NCBI RefSeq assembly: GCF_006345805.1 | Contig: NC_043006.1 | Location: 45,322,001 to 45,386,000, forward strand | Direction: 5' to 3' | Source of the DNA: Octopus sinensis | Lineage: Eukaryota | Length of the DNA: 64,000 nucleotides | Shown: in pieces, positions 25,551-39,443 of the stretch | Layout: the number at the start of each line of letters is the position of its first letter | How positions within the stretch are numbered: position 1 is the first letter of the stretch | The notes under the pieces: generated by a model | What the model was told of the DNA's origin: nothing | Databases searched by the model: none | What the model saw: the letters and a program-made list of their open reading frames with translations, nothing else | Program-made: the position numbers and the translations under genes

Positions 25551-28500
25551 CCTCTCCCACATATATAGACACTTAGCTTTTCTTTTTCTTCTTTCTCCGT
25601 TTCTTGTTCTTTTCCTGTTTTGCAAGTTACTTGATGACCTCTTCAATGCCAGTGGCTTGAAAAAAGACTCCTCCTTCCCAGGATACACTATATAGTAGTT
25701 GGCGTTAGGAAGGGTGCCCAGTTGTAGAAACCATGGTCAAGCAGACACTGAAGCTTGACTCAGTCCTGCAGCTTGCCAGATCCTGTCAAACCACCCAACT
25801 TATGCCAGAATGGAAAATAGATATTAAATGATGATGATGATGGTGTAGGGTGAGCCATTGTGTAATGTGATGCTGCAAATTAAGAGGTGCTCCAAGGAAT
25901 GATCCAGTGAATTAAAATGTCTTGCTACAGATTTGAAAGATACTTAGGCATTATTGCAAACAACTGGAAAATGTTTGTTGTGCTTTTTTAAAATATTAGA
26001 ATTATCCTTGAATGTTGTTGGCTTTTTGATGATTCTATAGAAAGGAGTAACTCCCACACAACAGACAATTCTCTTCTTTCCAGAAGACAATGATATAAGT
26101 TCCGAGCATGCTCCTCTAATGCCCCCACCCCTCTCAAAATTCCTTGTGTTGCAAATTACTTGGTGACCCTGCCAGTGCTGGTGCTACATATATAGTATCC
26201 AGTCCACACTGTGAAGTGGTTGGTATTTGGAAGGGCATCCAGCTGTAAAAACCATACCAAAACTGATCTCACCTGTGCTGGTGCCACATAAAAAGCACTC
26301 AGTCCACCCTACAGGATGGTTGGTGTTAGGAAGGGCATCCAGCTGTAAAAACCATGTCAAAACAGACACAGTAGCTTGTTGTAGTCTTCTACCTGACCGA
26401 CTCCTGTCAAACCATCCGACCCATGCCAGTATGAAAGATGGACGTTAAATGATGATAATGAAGTTTAATAACCCAAGTTACCATAAACTACCATCTTATG
26501 ATTAGCATACACTACATACAGAGTTTGATCATCATCAAAACTGATTCCTATTGGGATCAGTTTTGATGGTCATCAAACTCCCCACAAGTATATTTTTATT
26601 TTTTTAATATATTTCACACAGTAAAAACTGCAAATGGAAGAATATAGTCTTTATTGCATTATGTTAAATGTGGGGCCAGCAAATTAAAATGTCTAGCAGT
26701 TACCACAACTAACCCTAACCTGTATTCATATGGCATTCTACTGACCACCCACAGTTATCTAGATGGTTTTTGACTGTTTTTGACCAACCCTGTACAGCCC
26801 AGAATTCCAAAGGCTTTACTAAGAGAATGACCTGCAAACCTTCAACTTCCCACCTGGTCCTTCACTCATTTCGGCAACAGTTCTCCTTTAACTCTTGGTA
26901 CTTCACTTTTTCCCCACTCCTTGCTTGTACTTCTTCCATCCTCCCCTCCCAGAGCCCAGTTATATTAAAGTAACCAGTCTGGCATTTTTTAAAGTTTCAA
27001 TCATCTCCACTGTCTTTCACTCCTACACCAATATTAACCAAATTTTTGGTCCCCCAGCCAGTAGAGGTAGAGGTCAAAGCTATGAGAACACTAAAATTCC
27101 TGTCAGGAAGTGAAAAATCTAAAAATATCAAAATAGATAATCAAATAACTTCACAGACAGTGTAAGACTTGAGAGAATCGTCAGAATATAATGCTGACTT
27201 AGAAAAACATTCTGCTACAACTATGGTAACAAGATTAAAATGGGCTCAATGCCAAAGACAGATTGGTTTTTGCTTTAAAAAAAAAAGAAGAGAAAGAAAA
27301 AAATGAATAATAATGATTTATAAAAATAAAAACTTCTAATACCAAATAAACTGGTTCTAAAATGTATGAATGAATATCTACATCAATGTATGTGTGTATA
27401 TGTGTGTGTGTGCATGTATGTGTGTGTGTATATGTGTGTGTGTGTGTATATGTATATATATATATATACACACACACACATATATATACATATACATATA
27501 TATATATATATACATTCACACACACATATCTGTGTGAAGTGAATGTATGGGTGCATATTCTATTTTTCTCTCCCCCTCACTCAATGTGTGTGTGTGTGTG
27601 TGTGTGCGTGCATATAATCATCGTTATCATTCCCAAATTCATATCCAATTTTGCATGTTTGCAGAAGTTAACAGAAACTCTTTAGTTTTATCCCTCTACA
27701 TTAAATTCAAATTCTGCTCAGGCCCACTTTTATTTCATCCATCCAGAGCCAATAACACACACACACATACATGTATATGTATGTGTATGTGTGTGAGTGT
27801 GTGTGTATGTGGATATGTATGTGTGTGTGGATATGTGTGTGTGTGCAGATATTTGTACGTGTGTGTGTTTGTGTGTAACCTAGTATCGCAACTAGCAAAT
27901 CTGCAATTCAAAAAGAGCTCAGTAGTAAAAAAAGAATATACAAGATATATTTTGTCTTTTCTTACATTTAGATAGCTTCAAGCATATATATACACACAAA
28001 TTATATATACATAAAGCACTCCATCGGTTACGACGACGAGGGTCCCAGCTGATACAATCAATGGAACAGCTTGCTCGTGAAATTAACGTGCAAGTGGCTG
28101 AGCACTCCACAAACACGTGTACCCTTACTGTAGTTCTCAGGGAGATTCAGCATGGCAAAGCGTGTGACAAGAATGGCCCTTTGAAATACAGTTACTACTA
28201 ATTTTTGCCAGCTGAGTGGACTGGAGCAACATGAAATAAAGTGTCTTGCTCAATGACACAACACGCAGCCCAGTCACGAGGCTTTGGTCGGTCCAAAGCT
28301 ATAGTAGAAGACACTTGCCCAAGGTGCCACACCCTGGGACTGAACCCAGAACCATGTGGTTTGTAAGCAAACTACTTACCACACAGCCACTCCTACGCCT
28401 ATAATTACTAGACTTAAAATGTAAGTACAGGGATTGATTCGATTAACTAAAACCGTTCAAGGTGGTGCCCCAGCATGACCACAGTCCAATGACTAAAACA

Positions 28501-29290
28501 AGTATAAGATAATTCAAATTTTGATGAGACACCGTTGATCACACATACACATATGTGTGTTCTTTTACTTGTTTCAGTCATTTGACTGCAGCCGAGCTGG
28601 AACATGCCTGCATACACATATACATATATATATCATCATCATCATCATCATCGTTTAACGTCCGCTCTCCATGCTAGCATGGGTTGGACAGTTCAACCGG
28701 GGATCTGGGAAGCCAGAAGGCTGCACCAGGCTCTGGTCTTATCTGGCAAAGTTTCTACAGCTGGATGCCCTTCCTAACACCAACCACTCCGTGAGTGTAG
28801 TGGCACTCCGTGAGTGTAGTGCCACTCCGTGAGTGTAGTGATATATATATATATACATGCATGCATACATATATGATGATGATGGCTGTCCACCCGTGAC
28901 CAAGGAAAACCATTACTGACCTTTAGGAACATTGTGCACTGAAGACTACCTTATACTTTACACTTGCAGCTCCATTGGTGACTAACGAACACTGTTCTTA
29001 ACAAACATACACTACAAAACATTGCAGACCAAGCTTTCCCCATTCATTGCACTAGCAGTGCGTTTCTGAGCAGCACACTTAAATTCTTCATGAAGAATAT
29101 GTGCTCTTTCAGAGGTATCAACTCCTTCCTTTACCTGTTTCCTCTATCCATGACGATGGCAAGCATTGCTCTCCTAGTCAGCCTTAAATGAGGACTTTAC
29201 ACAGGCCTTAAATCCCAGTCTTGGCTTCATAATACATACATGCATGCATACATACATACATACAAACATACATACAGGCATACATACATA

Positions 29291-29715
29291 CATGTTATTG
29301 TTTGGGACAGCAGGACAAAAGTATGTACCATTATAGAGGTTAGCTGCCCTGCAGATATAAATATCTCTTTGAAAATCAAAGAAAAAGAGGATATCTATGG
29401 ACAACTACTTCGAAACCTCCAGCTTCTATATCCAGATTATGAATTCATATTCATACCAATAATAATTGGAGCACTAGGTTTTGTTAGTAAATGCTTAAAG
29501 GAGAATCTGGATAAACTAGGATTTTCAGAATGAGAAATTTACCAGCTGATTTGTACATTACAAGTCCAGTCTGTGAGTGGAACAGTAAAAAGTATGCAAG
29601 ATTTTTCTCAATTCTGTGTTAATTACAACCCAATGATGGAGCCTTGTATCTTTGTTGGAAACCAGCTCCCTCCTCAGCAGAAGATTTATAATAATTACAA
29701 AATAGAAGAGACATT
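29291..29715 (+). mobile_element. 5'-truncated non-LTR retrotransposon with restriction-like endonuclease (RLE; HERO/NeSL/R4-type) C-terminus, flanked by (TACA)n
   Basis: Translation VIVWDSRTKVCTIIEVSCPADINI..KIKEKEDIYGQL...IPIIIGALGFV...LG..*...LQVQSVSGT matches the PD-(D/E)xK RLE C-terminal pattern (IIEVxCP, KY/IY, PIxIGALG). It has an in-frame stop at 29531-29533. Confidence 0.8.
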
Positions 29716-29741
29716 CATACATACATACATACATACATACA

Positions 29742-29775
<34 letters not shown>

Positions 29776-29810
29776 GGCACACGTGTGTCCCTGTTGTAAG
29801 AAGCCATAGA

Positions 29811-29969
29811 TGCAGGTGTGGCTGTGTGGTAAGAAGCTTGCTTCCCAGTCACACAGTTCCAGATTCAGTCCCATTGCATGTCACCTTTAGCAAATGTCTT
29901 CTACTATAGCTTCAGGCTGACCAAAACCTTGTGAGTAGATATGGCAGACGGAAACTAAAAGAAGTTCAG

Positions 29970-30022
<53 letters not shown>

Positions 30023-30248
30023 GTGTGTCTGTGTCTGTGTTTGTCCCTCACCACTACTTGATAACTGGTATCGGTGTGTTCATGTCCTAGTAACTTAGAG
30101 GTTCAACAGAAGAGACCTATAAAATAAGTACCGGGCTCGGCTTAAAAAGATAAGTATTAGGGTCGATTCATTCGACTAAAAATTCTTCAAGGCGATGCTC
30201 TAGCATGGCCTCAGTTTAATGACTGAAACAAGCAAAAGATAAAAGATA
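29811..30248 (+). mobile_element. SINE family A
   Basis: Head, CORE-like block, internal (GT)n and tail are all present. Confidence 0.8.
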
Positions 30249-31532
30249 TATATATATTCTTTTAGCTTATCTAATTCCACTGTGATCGAATATTGGTGTT
30301 AAAAATGTACCCTCTTTAAATAGAAAGAGATCATGGTCGTTAAGTGAAGAATTATATATTTGATTCTCATAAAATTCTTCATAGACTCTAACGTAACTGA
30401 GTGAAATGCTATTTTATATGCCTTGTAATATTCTGTTGGCGCAGACAGCAATAATGGCTCAGCAAAACAGTGAACTATAATAAATTTTATAACCCTGATA
30501 TTTCTTAGAGATAGAAAATTTTGGAAGCAGAGGTGTTGGATGTGAATGGCGGTTTCTAGCTTTTAGGTGATGGTTTGCTTTTGCTTATCCTTTTGTCTTT
30601 TGGGGAATTTTCTTTTTTTTTATGGTGGTGGTGGTGGTGGGGGGGAGAAATGGTTGTTTTTTCTTCTTTTTATTTGTTTCAGTCATTTGATTGCGGTCAT
30701 GCTAAAGCAGCCCCTTGGAGGATTTTAATCGAAAAAAATCAACCCCCAGGACTTATTTTTTTTAAGCCTATTACTTATTCTATCAATCTCTTTTGCAAAA
30801 CCACTAAGTTACAGGGATGTAAGCACACCATCATTGGTTGTCAAGTGGTAATGGCAGGGGGGGGGGACAAATACAGACGCATAAAAATAGATATATACAT
30901 ACATATATATATGCATACATATATGCATACATATATAAATATGCATATATATATATATATATATATATACAGCAGGCTTCTTTCAGTTTCCTTCTACCAA
31001 ATCCACTCACTTGCCCAATATGCCATTCAATGGGACTGAACCCAGAACCATGTGGTCGGGAAATAAGCTTCTTATCATACAGCCACGCTTACGCCTGTTT
31101 ATTCACATATTTTCCTTCTTAGAACTAATTATTCAAAAACGCAAAAAAAAAAAAATCAATGTGGCAAAACAAGTGGCATCAAATTTTTATGTTTTGTTCA
31201 TTAATATTGTTTATTAATAATGCCGTGAAGTTTAGATATTGAGTTAAACCATTAACCTATCACTATAAAACACTAAAAACTTCAAGTTGTAATATAACGC
31301 TTAACTCGTTCTTTGAAACTGAGTAATCTTTCCTTTGAGTAAATATTATAAACACTTAGCCGAACACATTGAATGAGGCAACAAAAAGACCTTGACGTAG
31401 TTGCTTAGCTTGTTAAAAATAGCAGCCAAATTTCCCTCAAATTACTTTCTACCATTATAAAATTGGCTAATAAAAACATTGGATAAGGTTGTCCTAGATA
31501 TACTGACTAAAAATAAAAAGGGTTGGGTGATC

Positions 31533-31955
31533 ACTCTTTACTCTTTACTCTTTTACTTGTTTCAGTCATTTGACTGTGGCCATGCTGGAGCACCACCTTT
31601 AGTCGAGCAAATCGACCCCAGGACTTATTCTTTGTAAGCCTAGTACTTATTCTATCGGTCCCTTTTGCCAAACCACTAAGTCATGGGGACGTAAACACAC
31701 CAGCATCAGTTGTCAAGCAATGTTGGGAGAACAAGCACAGACACACAAACGTATACACACACACATACACATATATATATATATATACATATGACGGGCT
31801 TCTTTCAGTTTTCATCTACCAAATCCACTCACAAGGCTTTGGTCGGCCCGAGGCTATAGTAGAAGACACTTGCCCAAGGTGTCATGCAGTGGGACTGAAC
31901 CCGGAACCATGTGATTCGTAAGCAAGCTACTTACCACACAGTCACTCCTATGCCT
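31533..31955 (-). mobile_element. SINE family A, full length
   Basis: Colinear with the other copies. Confidence 0.85.
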
Positions 31956-32832
31956 ATATGATCAAGGATATTTTGACACTAAAAGACATCTCAAAGACTA
32001 AGCTGATGCTTCAGAACCATTTAACATTCTATTTTAATCCTTTTTATATTCACTCATTTGAAACTACTCATAGTCTTATAATACAAAACTTCATATTTTA
32101 AAGTGTTCATCTTTAAACAATAAGCTTTCTTTATAATTCTAATTAAGAATCTTTTGCTATGTTCAAATAATTGGATATGAGACATTTTGGCACAACTGTT
32201 TCAGTGCCACCTATTTGGTGTTACTGATTCAATGCTGACTTATTTGACATCATGTTATAATGTTTCTCTTATTCCATCCCTCCATCCTTCTCTCTCTCCC
32301 TCATCCCTCTCTCTGTCTTTTTCTCCCTACATTTATGGTGACCTAAATGTCACAAATCATCATCTCCATCATCATCATCATATTCATCATCATCATTTAA
32401 TGTCCATTTTTTCCATGCTGGCATGAGTCAGACAGTTTGACAGGACCTGGTAAGGCCAGGAGATGTACCGGGTCCCATTGTTTGTTTTGTCACAGTTTCT
32501 ACTGCTAGACACCCTTCCTAACACCAACCATTTTACAGAGTGCACTGGGTGCTTTTTATGTGGCACGAAGGGCTGACTTAAGGTACCAGCAACTTGGACA
32601 GTTGCCCAGATGCCATGTGCAAGGAGGCACCAAGGAGGGTGTGACAATGATGATAAGAAAATTTCCACAACTGTCAGCTTGTACACACTAAAGTTCAGCT
32701 TGTCCAGGGTGCCAGCAACCCTAGGGCCAGCCCTGGTGGCACCAGGACCTCTGGCGCTACTTGCTAATGATTCATTTATGTTCTGTTTTAAATTTATGAT
32801 ACCTTAACACCATATACAGTATATATAAGAAA

Positions 32833-33240
32833 TCTCTTTTACTCTTTTACTTGTTTCGGTCATTTGACTGTGGCCATGCTGGAGCACCACCTTTAGTCGA
32901 GCAAGTCGACCCCAGGACTTATTCTTTGTAAGCCTAGTATTTATTCTATCGGTCTCTCTTGCTGAACTGCTAAGTTACGGGGACGTAAACACACTGGCAT
33001 TGCATGTCAAGCGATGTTGGCGGGGGGGGGGGACAAACATAGACACACATACACATATATATACATATACATATATACAACGGGCTGTTTTCAGTTTCTG
33101 TCAACCAAAATCCACTCACAAGGCTTTGGTCAGCCCAAGGTTATAGTAGAAGACACTTACCCAACATGCCATGCAGTGGGACTGAACTCGGAACCATGTG
33201 GTTGGTAAGCAAGCTACTTACCACACAGCCACTCCTGCTA
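32833..33240 (-). mobile_element. SINE family A, full length
   Basis: Colinear with the other copies. Confidence 0.85.
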
Positions 33241-33739
33241 TATATGTTAATTGTGGAATAAAATCATATCTTGTAAATTACACATAAGAAATGTAATTAA
33301 AACATATTTAATTTTAGACCCCTTTTTGACTTCTAAGGCATCCTATGTGTGTGTGTGAGAGCATCTAGTTATGTTTGTAAATATGTATAATGTTTCTCTC
33401 CCTCTGTATTTATATATTTCTGCACATGCATGTGTGTATTTGCCTCAAGTGCCTAAATCACAAAAACAAGTTGAATATCCATTGAATCAGCAATGCTAGA
33501 TCATCAGCATCCAAACAGCCACACCACAATCAGCTAATTCTGCAAATTATTGTCATCATTTAAGGTACCAGCAACTTGGACAGTTGCCTGGACGCCATGT
33601 GCTAGGGGACACCAAGGAGGGTGTGACAATGACAAGAAAATTTCCACAACCGTCAGCTTGTACACACCAAAGTTCAGCGTGCCCAAGGTGCCAGCAACCC
33701 TAGGGCCAGCCCTGGTGCCACTTGCTAATGATTCATTTA

Positions 33740-34011
33740 TATATTTTAGAGATGAGGAATTATGTACATTATTTACATTGGCACAATGTGTCCTCATCTC
33801 GTTTGTTGTTATTCCAACGCTTCAGCTGAGGTACTCTCCAGCTTTCATCAAGTGACCTTGTGGAATTTCAAACCTAACCCTTTATTTTACTCTGTTCTAA
33901 GGTTTTTTTTTTGCTGATGTTATTATTATTATTTACTCAAGCTACTGACTGGGACTGAACTCGGAATCTTGAGCTTAGTAGCCCATGCTCTTAACCACTA
34001 TACTATATGCC
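33740..34011 (-). mobile_element. HHR-SINE family H, diverged full-length copy
   Basis: Minus strand has the head ggcatatagtatagtggttaagagc, B box gagttcagtcc, (AAT)n, a decayed HHR ttgatga-aagctg...cagct-gaagcgttgg, and the tail aatgtaaataatgtac. Confidence 0.7.
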
Positions 34012-34133
34012 TTTATATTATAGAGTGAATTTTAGGGCTTATAAACCTAATATTTTTGTATCTTTCCTTAATACTGGTTCCCATGTGCTACTCATATCTG
34101 CACTAGATCTGCTTAAGAGGTTATTGTGTCCTA

Positions 34134-34226
34134 GCACCTGATGAAATCTGGTGAGTACATCAGCCGAAACGTTGTGATAACAACAAACAAGGTAAGGACA
34201 CATATCCGTCCAATGTAAATAATGTA
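34134..34226 (+). mobile_element. HHR-SINE family H, 3' fragment
   Basis: cac-CTGATGA-a-atctg...cagcc-GAAAC-GTT-gtg: core intact, base of stem II mismatched. The tail aatgtaaataatgta follows. Confidence 0.7.
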
Positions 34227-34357
34227 TCGTCCAAATATATTAAATATCACCCAGTAATATACAGAAAAATATTACATTGAGCCACATAAAATCTATTGAA
34301 TATGGAAGGTGGTTCTCATGAACATGTATATTAGACAGATCACTGTAACATGGACAC

Positions 34358-34392
<35 letters not shown>

Positions 34393-34708
34393 TCTATACC
34401 TACAACTTATGTAGCAGGAAGGCAAAAACTAAAGATGCTCTGACCTCACGATGAAATCAGAACAGTATATCCAGTTTTGCTTCTGAAAATCAACAGAACT
34501 CAACAATTGTATGCACACATGTGCACTAACTCAACGTCTGGCCAGAAAAACTACCCTCCCTGAATAATCACTTCCACACATTTGTTGCCCTTGATGTGTT
34601 GACAAAGAAAGAGGCTGTTCCAATGCCCTACTTCTTGATGTGATGTCACTTCCCCCTCGCTTCTGGTTCTGACATCTCCCTTCATTCATCCAAAACTTAT
34701 AATATATA

Positions 34709-35920
34709 CGAGGGACGTTCAATAAGTAATGCCTCTGACCCACTTGCAGTTGTTTGATCTAGCTGAAATTTTGTCTGTGCAATTATTTATATCTCTATAG
34801 ATTAAGTGGCAAATTACAGCTCTGAAATAATTGTGGTTTCTGATTTACAGGAGTTTGAACTGAGTCAAGTGTGAAATGGAGCCTGTTGAGTGTCGAGCAG
34901 TGATCCGGTTTTTGTATTTGAAAGGACGCACACCACGGGAGACATTTGACGAAATGAAAGTAACTTATGGTGATGATGCCCCATCATATGACCTTGTAAA
35001 ACCCTGGCATCGTGAATTCAAACATGGTCGGAACTCTGTGGAAACAGCTCCCAGATCTGGTCGCCCCCCCTTCTGCCATTGATGAGGCATCTGTCCGTCA
35101 AGTTGAGGCTGCCATTTTGGAAGATCGACGCATAACAATTCGCCAAATAGCCCATCAGGTCAAGATTAGTACCGGATCTGTGGAAACTATCATTCATGAC
35201 CATTTGCATATGCAAAAGGTGTCTGCCAGATGGATTCCCAGGTTGCTCACACCTTTCCAGAAGCAAGAACGCGTCGAGTGCTCGAGGATGAATTTGGAGA
35301 TGTGCCAAGAAGATGAGTCAAAATTTTTCAAAAGACTGATTACACAGGATGAAACCTGGGTCCATCACTATGATCCAGAGACCAAAGCCCAGTTAATGCA
35401 GTGGAAGCACCGTGACTCACCTCCTCCAAAGAAGGCAAGGGTGCAGCCCTTCGCTGGCAAGGACATGCTCACAGTCTTCTGGGACCAGGACGGAGTAGTG
35501 ATGACAGATTTCCCGGCAAAGGGTACCACAATTACAGGAGCCTATTATGCTTCACTTTTGAGGAAATTAAGAGAAGCTATCAAAATCAAGAGGCGGGGCA
35601 AGATCAGCAAAGGTATCCTCCTCCTGCAGGACAACGCTCCGGTCCACAACTCGCCTGTTGCCAGATCAGAAGCACAGGCGTGCGGCTATGAACTCTTCCC
35701 CATCCTCCCATACTCTCCTGACCTTGAACCCTCTGATTTTCACCTCTTCCCAGCCATGAAGTTGTTTCTGAAGGGAAAGCGTTTCACAGATGATGCAGCC
35801 TTGATTTCTGAAGTCACGTCGTGGTTGGAGGACCAAGCTGGGGTCTTCTACAAAAATGGTCTCCAGAGCTACATCAAACAATGGGAGAAATGCGTAACTC
35901 TGGGTGATTCCTATGTAGAA
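34709..35920 (+). mobile_element. Mariner DNA transposon, left TIR present, right TIR missing
   Basis: TA|cgagggacgttcaataagtaatgcc left end, then a 5' UTR and a transposase ORF. No matching right TIR was found downstream. Confidence 0.9.
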
Positions 35921-35932
35921 GAATACTTTTAA
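34876..35932 (+). pseudogene. Mariner transposase (DD34D), frameshifted
   Basis: The N-terminal HTH region (34876-35060) joins the ORF at 35012-35932 through a +1 C in a C7 run at 35064-35070. Motifs are WIPRLL, TQDETW, LQDNAPVH and YSPDLEPSDFHLF, with 34 residues between the second and third D. Some conserved positions are altered. Confidence 0.9.
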
Positions 35933-37099
35933 CAAAAAAAAAATTAAATGATAGCATTGTAGTTGCAGGTGGGCCCCCTTGTAGTTGTGAGTGATCCTCT
36001 TTCTAGTTGTAGGTGCCCCCACCCTTGTTGTTGCGGGTGGGCTCCCTTAGTCTCTTGGCAACTATTGTATACTGGGGGGGGGGGGTCGATCTAATCAACT
36101 AGCCCCCTCCACCAAAATTTCAGGCCTTGTGCCTAGAGTAAACCAGTCGACCACTGGCAACAAGATATTTAGATATACTGTTGAAATGAATTATCTTGAT
36201 ATAGGTGCCTACACTAGTTATACTAAGTTAATCAGATAGTGCAGAATTGTATTATATCCGGTGACCGACATAGCAACATCATCATAAATTACAAGGGCAA
36301 AGAAGCTTCTCTAAAGAAGTACCAGTGTAGAGGTGTAAAGCTAACAGTTCAAGTCTTGAAGGGTCATCTTAGTTAACAGACAGTTTAGAGTTATTCAAGG
36401 ATGGGAAACCATGCAACGTTCTTACCTAAGAACAAACAATTCTATTTTGAAGTTATCCAGAGTCCTCATGGGTTTTGGAAGATCAATGCCAATCTGTGTT
36501 TGCTGTGGTTGCATCTGCAGAAGATCTTATGCATTGTTTTGCTGGTGAGGCCTGCAATATTGTTAAGATGGCCTTATAACATTGTTAAGATGGCCTTGTG
36601 TATGAGACATGCAAAGTAGTGTAAAGCTACTTGTTAGTGAAACTTGAGTATCGAGCACAAAGGTTAGAAAAGAATGATTGAAATATGATCTACTGGATGT
36701 GTAATGTTAACTTTCATGAATGACAGATCACAAAAGAGGTGAAAAAGCAACTGGGCAATAAAGGCATCAGTCGTTATATAAAGGAAAGATGACTGCAATG
36801 GTTTGGGCAAATGACAATAGAATAAACAGACAAGAGCCAGGTTAAAACAAGGAGTATCTTATCAAGAGCTGGTAGCAGTAATAGAAGAAGACTAAGACAT
36901 AGAAGGACACAGAAACATACAGATGAGATTATACTAGATGCGATGAACAGCAATTTACTGTAGCGCAAACCTATCAAACCCACATCAGTATGGGTAAACA
37001 AATTCTGAAAATGATTATTATGATGATGTCTATTTTAAAAGGAAGAAAGCGGTATGGTTAAGGTACTGGATTAGGGTCATTTAGGCCATAAGTTCATGT

Positions 37100-37480
37100 T
37101 CTTTTATGTATTATATTGAATTTCTGATGGCATTGGTGAGGACGGTGTTGATGGTGGTATAGCAGTAATGATGATAACTGGTGGTTATAGTTGTTACTGA
37201 AAATGGTAATGGTTATTGTTGTTGTCATTGTTGATGTCGTTGTGGTGGGATGTTGACAATGATGACAATGGTAGTGATAAAGTGGAGGGGTAGAGGAGGA
37301 GAGGAGAGGAGAGGCGGTGGCAGAGGAGGAGGAGAGTGGTGGAGGTGGTGGTGGTGGTGGAGGTGGTGGTGGTGGTGGCAGTGGTGGCGGTGGTGGCAAC
37401 ACTGGTGGCAGTGACAGCAAAGGTGGTGGTGATGGTGGTGGTGGTAGTGATGAAGATGATGATGATGATGATGATGATGA
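37100..37480. repeat. Cryptic trinucleotide low-complexity tract (GGT/GAT)
   Basis: Imperfect (GGT)n and (GAT)n. A complementary (ACC/CAT)-rich tract lies at ~38100-38480. Confidence 0.8.
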
Positions 37481-39443
37481 TGCTGACTGAAGCCAAAAGA
37501 AATTATTTACTTCATTTCTTGAAAAGATAATTTCAAAAAGTGCCAGAAGTTTGGGTTAAACAATCATAAATGTGAAATAGAGGAAAAAAAAGTGACGACA
37601 ACACAACAACAACAACCACAAAAACAGCAACAACAAAAAAAACAATGATAAAAGAAATAAGATCAAATAGTTATATTTGAATTATATATTTATAAATCAA
37701 AACAGTCTCAACTATAAATAATTCAAATTCTTACCCCCACCCCTTCATCCAATTTTGCAAATAAAATCATAAATTCTAAATCAAGCAAATATTTTCAATC
37801 ATTCTCTTTGAGATGTTGCCACTTTTGACAACAACTCCAATTCCTTGTTTATAAGATTCTTGCTTGGCTTTCAACTGAAAATACAAACACACTAATGTTT
37901 GATAGTGTTGTTACTATTTCTTCAGATTGGTCTATCCTATTCTTCTGTCTAAGACATAAGCAGTGTAAGACATATATCAGTTGATGTATCTTTGCTAAAT
38001 AGCAATTTATTCAACCAAGTTCTTTGATCTATTTTTTTTTAATCTAAGCACAAGAAGAATTGTGTGTTTTGCTGATAAGGCACAGCACCTTGGCAATTAG
38101 TCAAATTTCTTCAATACTACTCCACAACCAACGCCATCACAGTCACACCGCCTCCATTACTGCTTTCAAGACTCTTCTAACTGTCTTCTTCGGCACTGAT
38201 GTAACCATCTCCACCAGAACCATTATAACACCTCCCACACCACTATTACAAACACTACCACTGCAACAACCATCACTGCCACCACCACCACCGCCACCAT
38301 CATCAGAAATGTTACTGCCACCAACTTCTTCATAATCATAAGCACCACCAATATTGCTACTGTCTCTCTTCTTTACCTCTCCCACTACTACTTCTTCGCA
38401 ATCATCTCAATAAATATATTTCCCTCCCACTGTCACTTCAACAACTCCACAACCACCATTACTACAACAACCAGCATTTCAGGACCTTTATCTAAGCAAC
38501 CTATTATCAAAATAAATACCAGTAATATATTGGGATAAGGTTAATCACCTATATCTTTTTGTTCTCTACATTCTAGTCATAATCGCACCATTTTTTTTAT
38601 AGTGAGTGTATTATCTAGAACTACATTATTCAATAAGTCCTTCATTTTATTAAGATGACAAGATTTGGTTTTATTTGAGAGAGATTTGGCTGCTATCTCT
38701 AACATATTGAGATACCTTATAAAAGTTTACATCATTATCTCAAACACCAGTAGGTATTACTGTCAGTGCTTTAGGACCATCACTGTTGTGTATAAGGAAA
38801 ATTCATCATTCACAGAGCTCAGCTTAGAAGAAATTTTCTTCTAGGTTTTCATGATGGAAAACAATGTTGTTTTTTTGGGGTTTTTTTGTTCTAACAAAGG
38901 GTTTCAGGATATTTTAATATTTGTGATGGAAAAGAATGTTCTAAATTTTATTCTAAACTGTATACAATGGAGTACTGAAAAGTTCCTGGCTTTAAGGGTA
39001 TCGCAAAAGGCCTTGGTTAGAGGCCTAGCCTTCCAAGTTCTTCGACAGGACTTAGAAAAACTGAAGGGCTACAGCAATAAGTGCATGGATCTGAGAAGGG
39101 AATCATCATCATCATCATCATCCTGGCATGAGTTGGACTGTTTGACCAAAGCTGCACCAGACTCCACTCTGATTTGACATGGTTTGTACAGTTGGAAACC
39201 CTTCCTAATGCCATGCTAGCATAAAATTATAATTAACTGATCCTCCAGCACCACTTCATATATATTTTGCATGGTAGCCATTTGTGAAATACAAAGAAAA
39301 ATTAGTGAAAACATATATTATATTTCACCAACAACTGCACCTCCTCTTTTGCTAGCATTGTGAGTCAAAGGGATTCAAAGGCAAAAAAAAAAATGGAAAC
39401 AAAAGATAGTGCTTCTTTTCTCAATGAATTTATTCAATAAATT

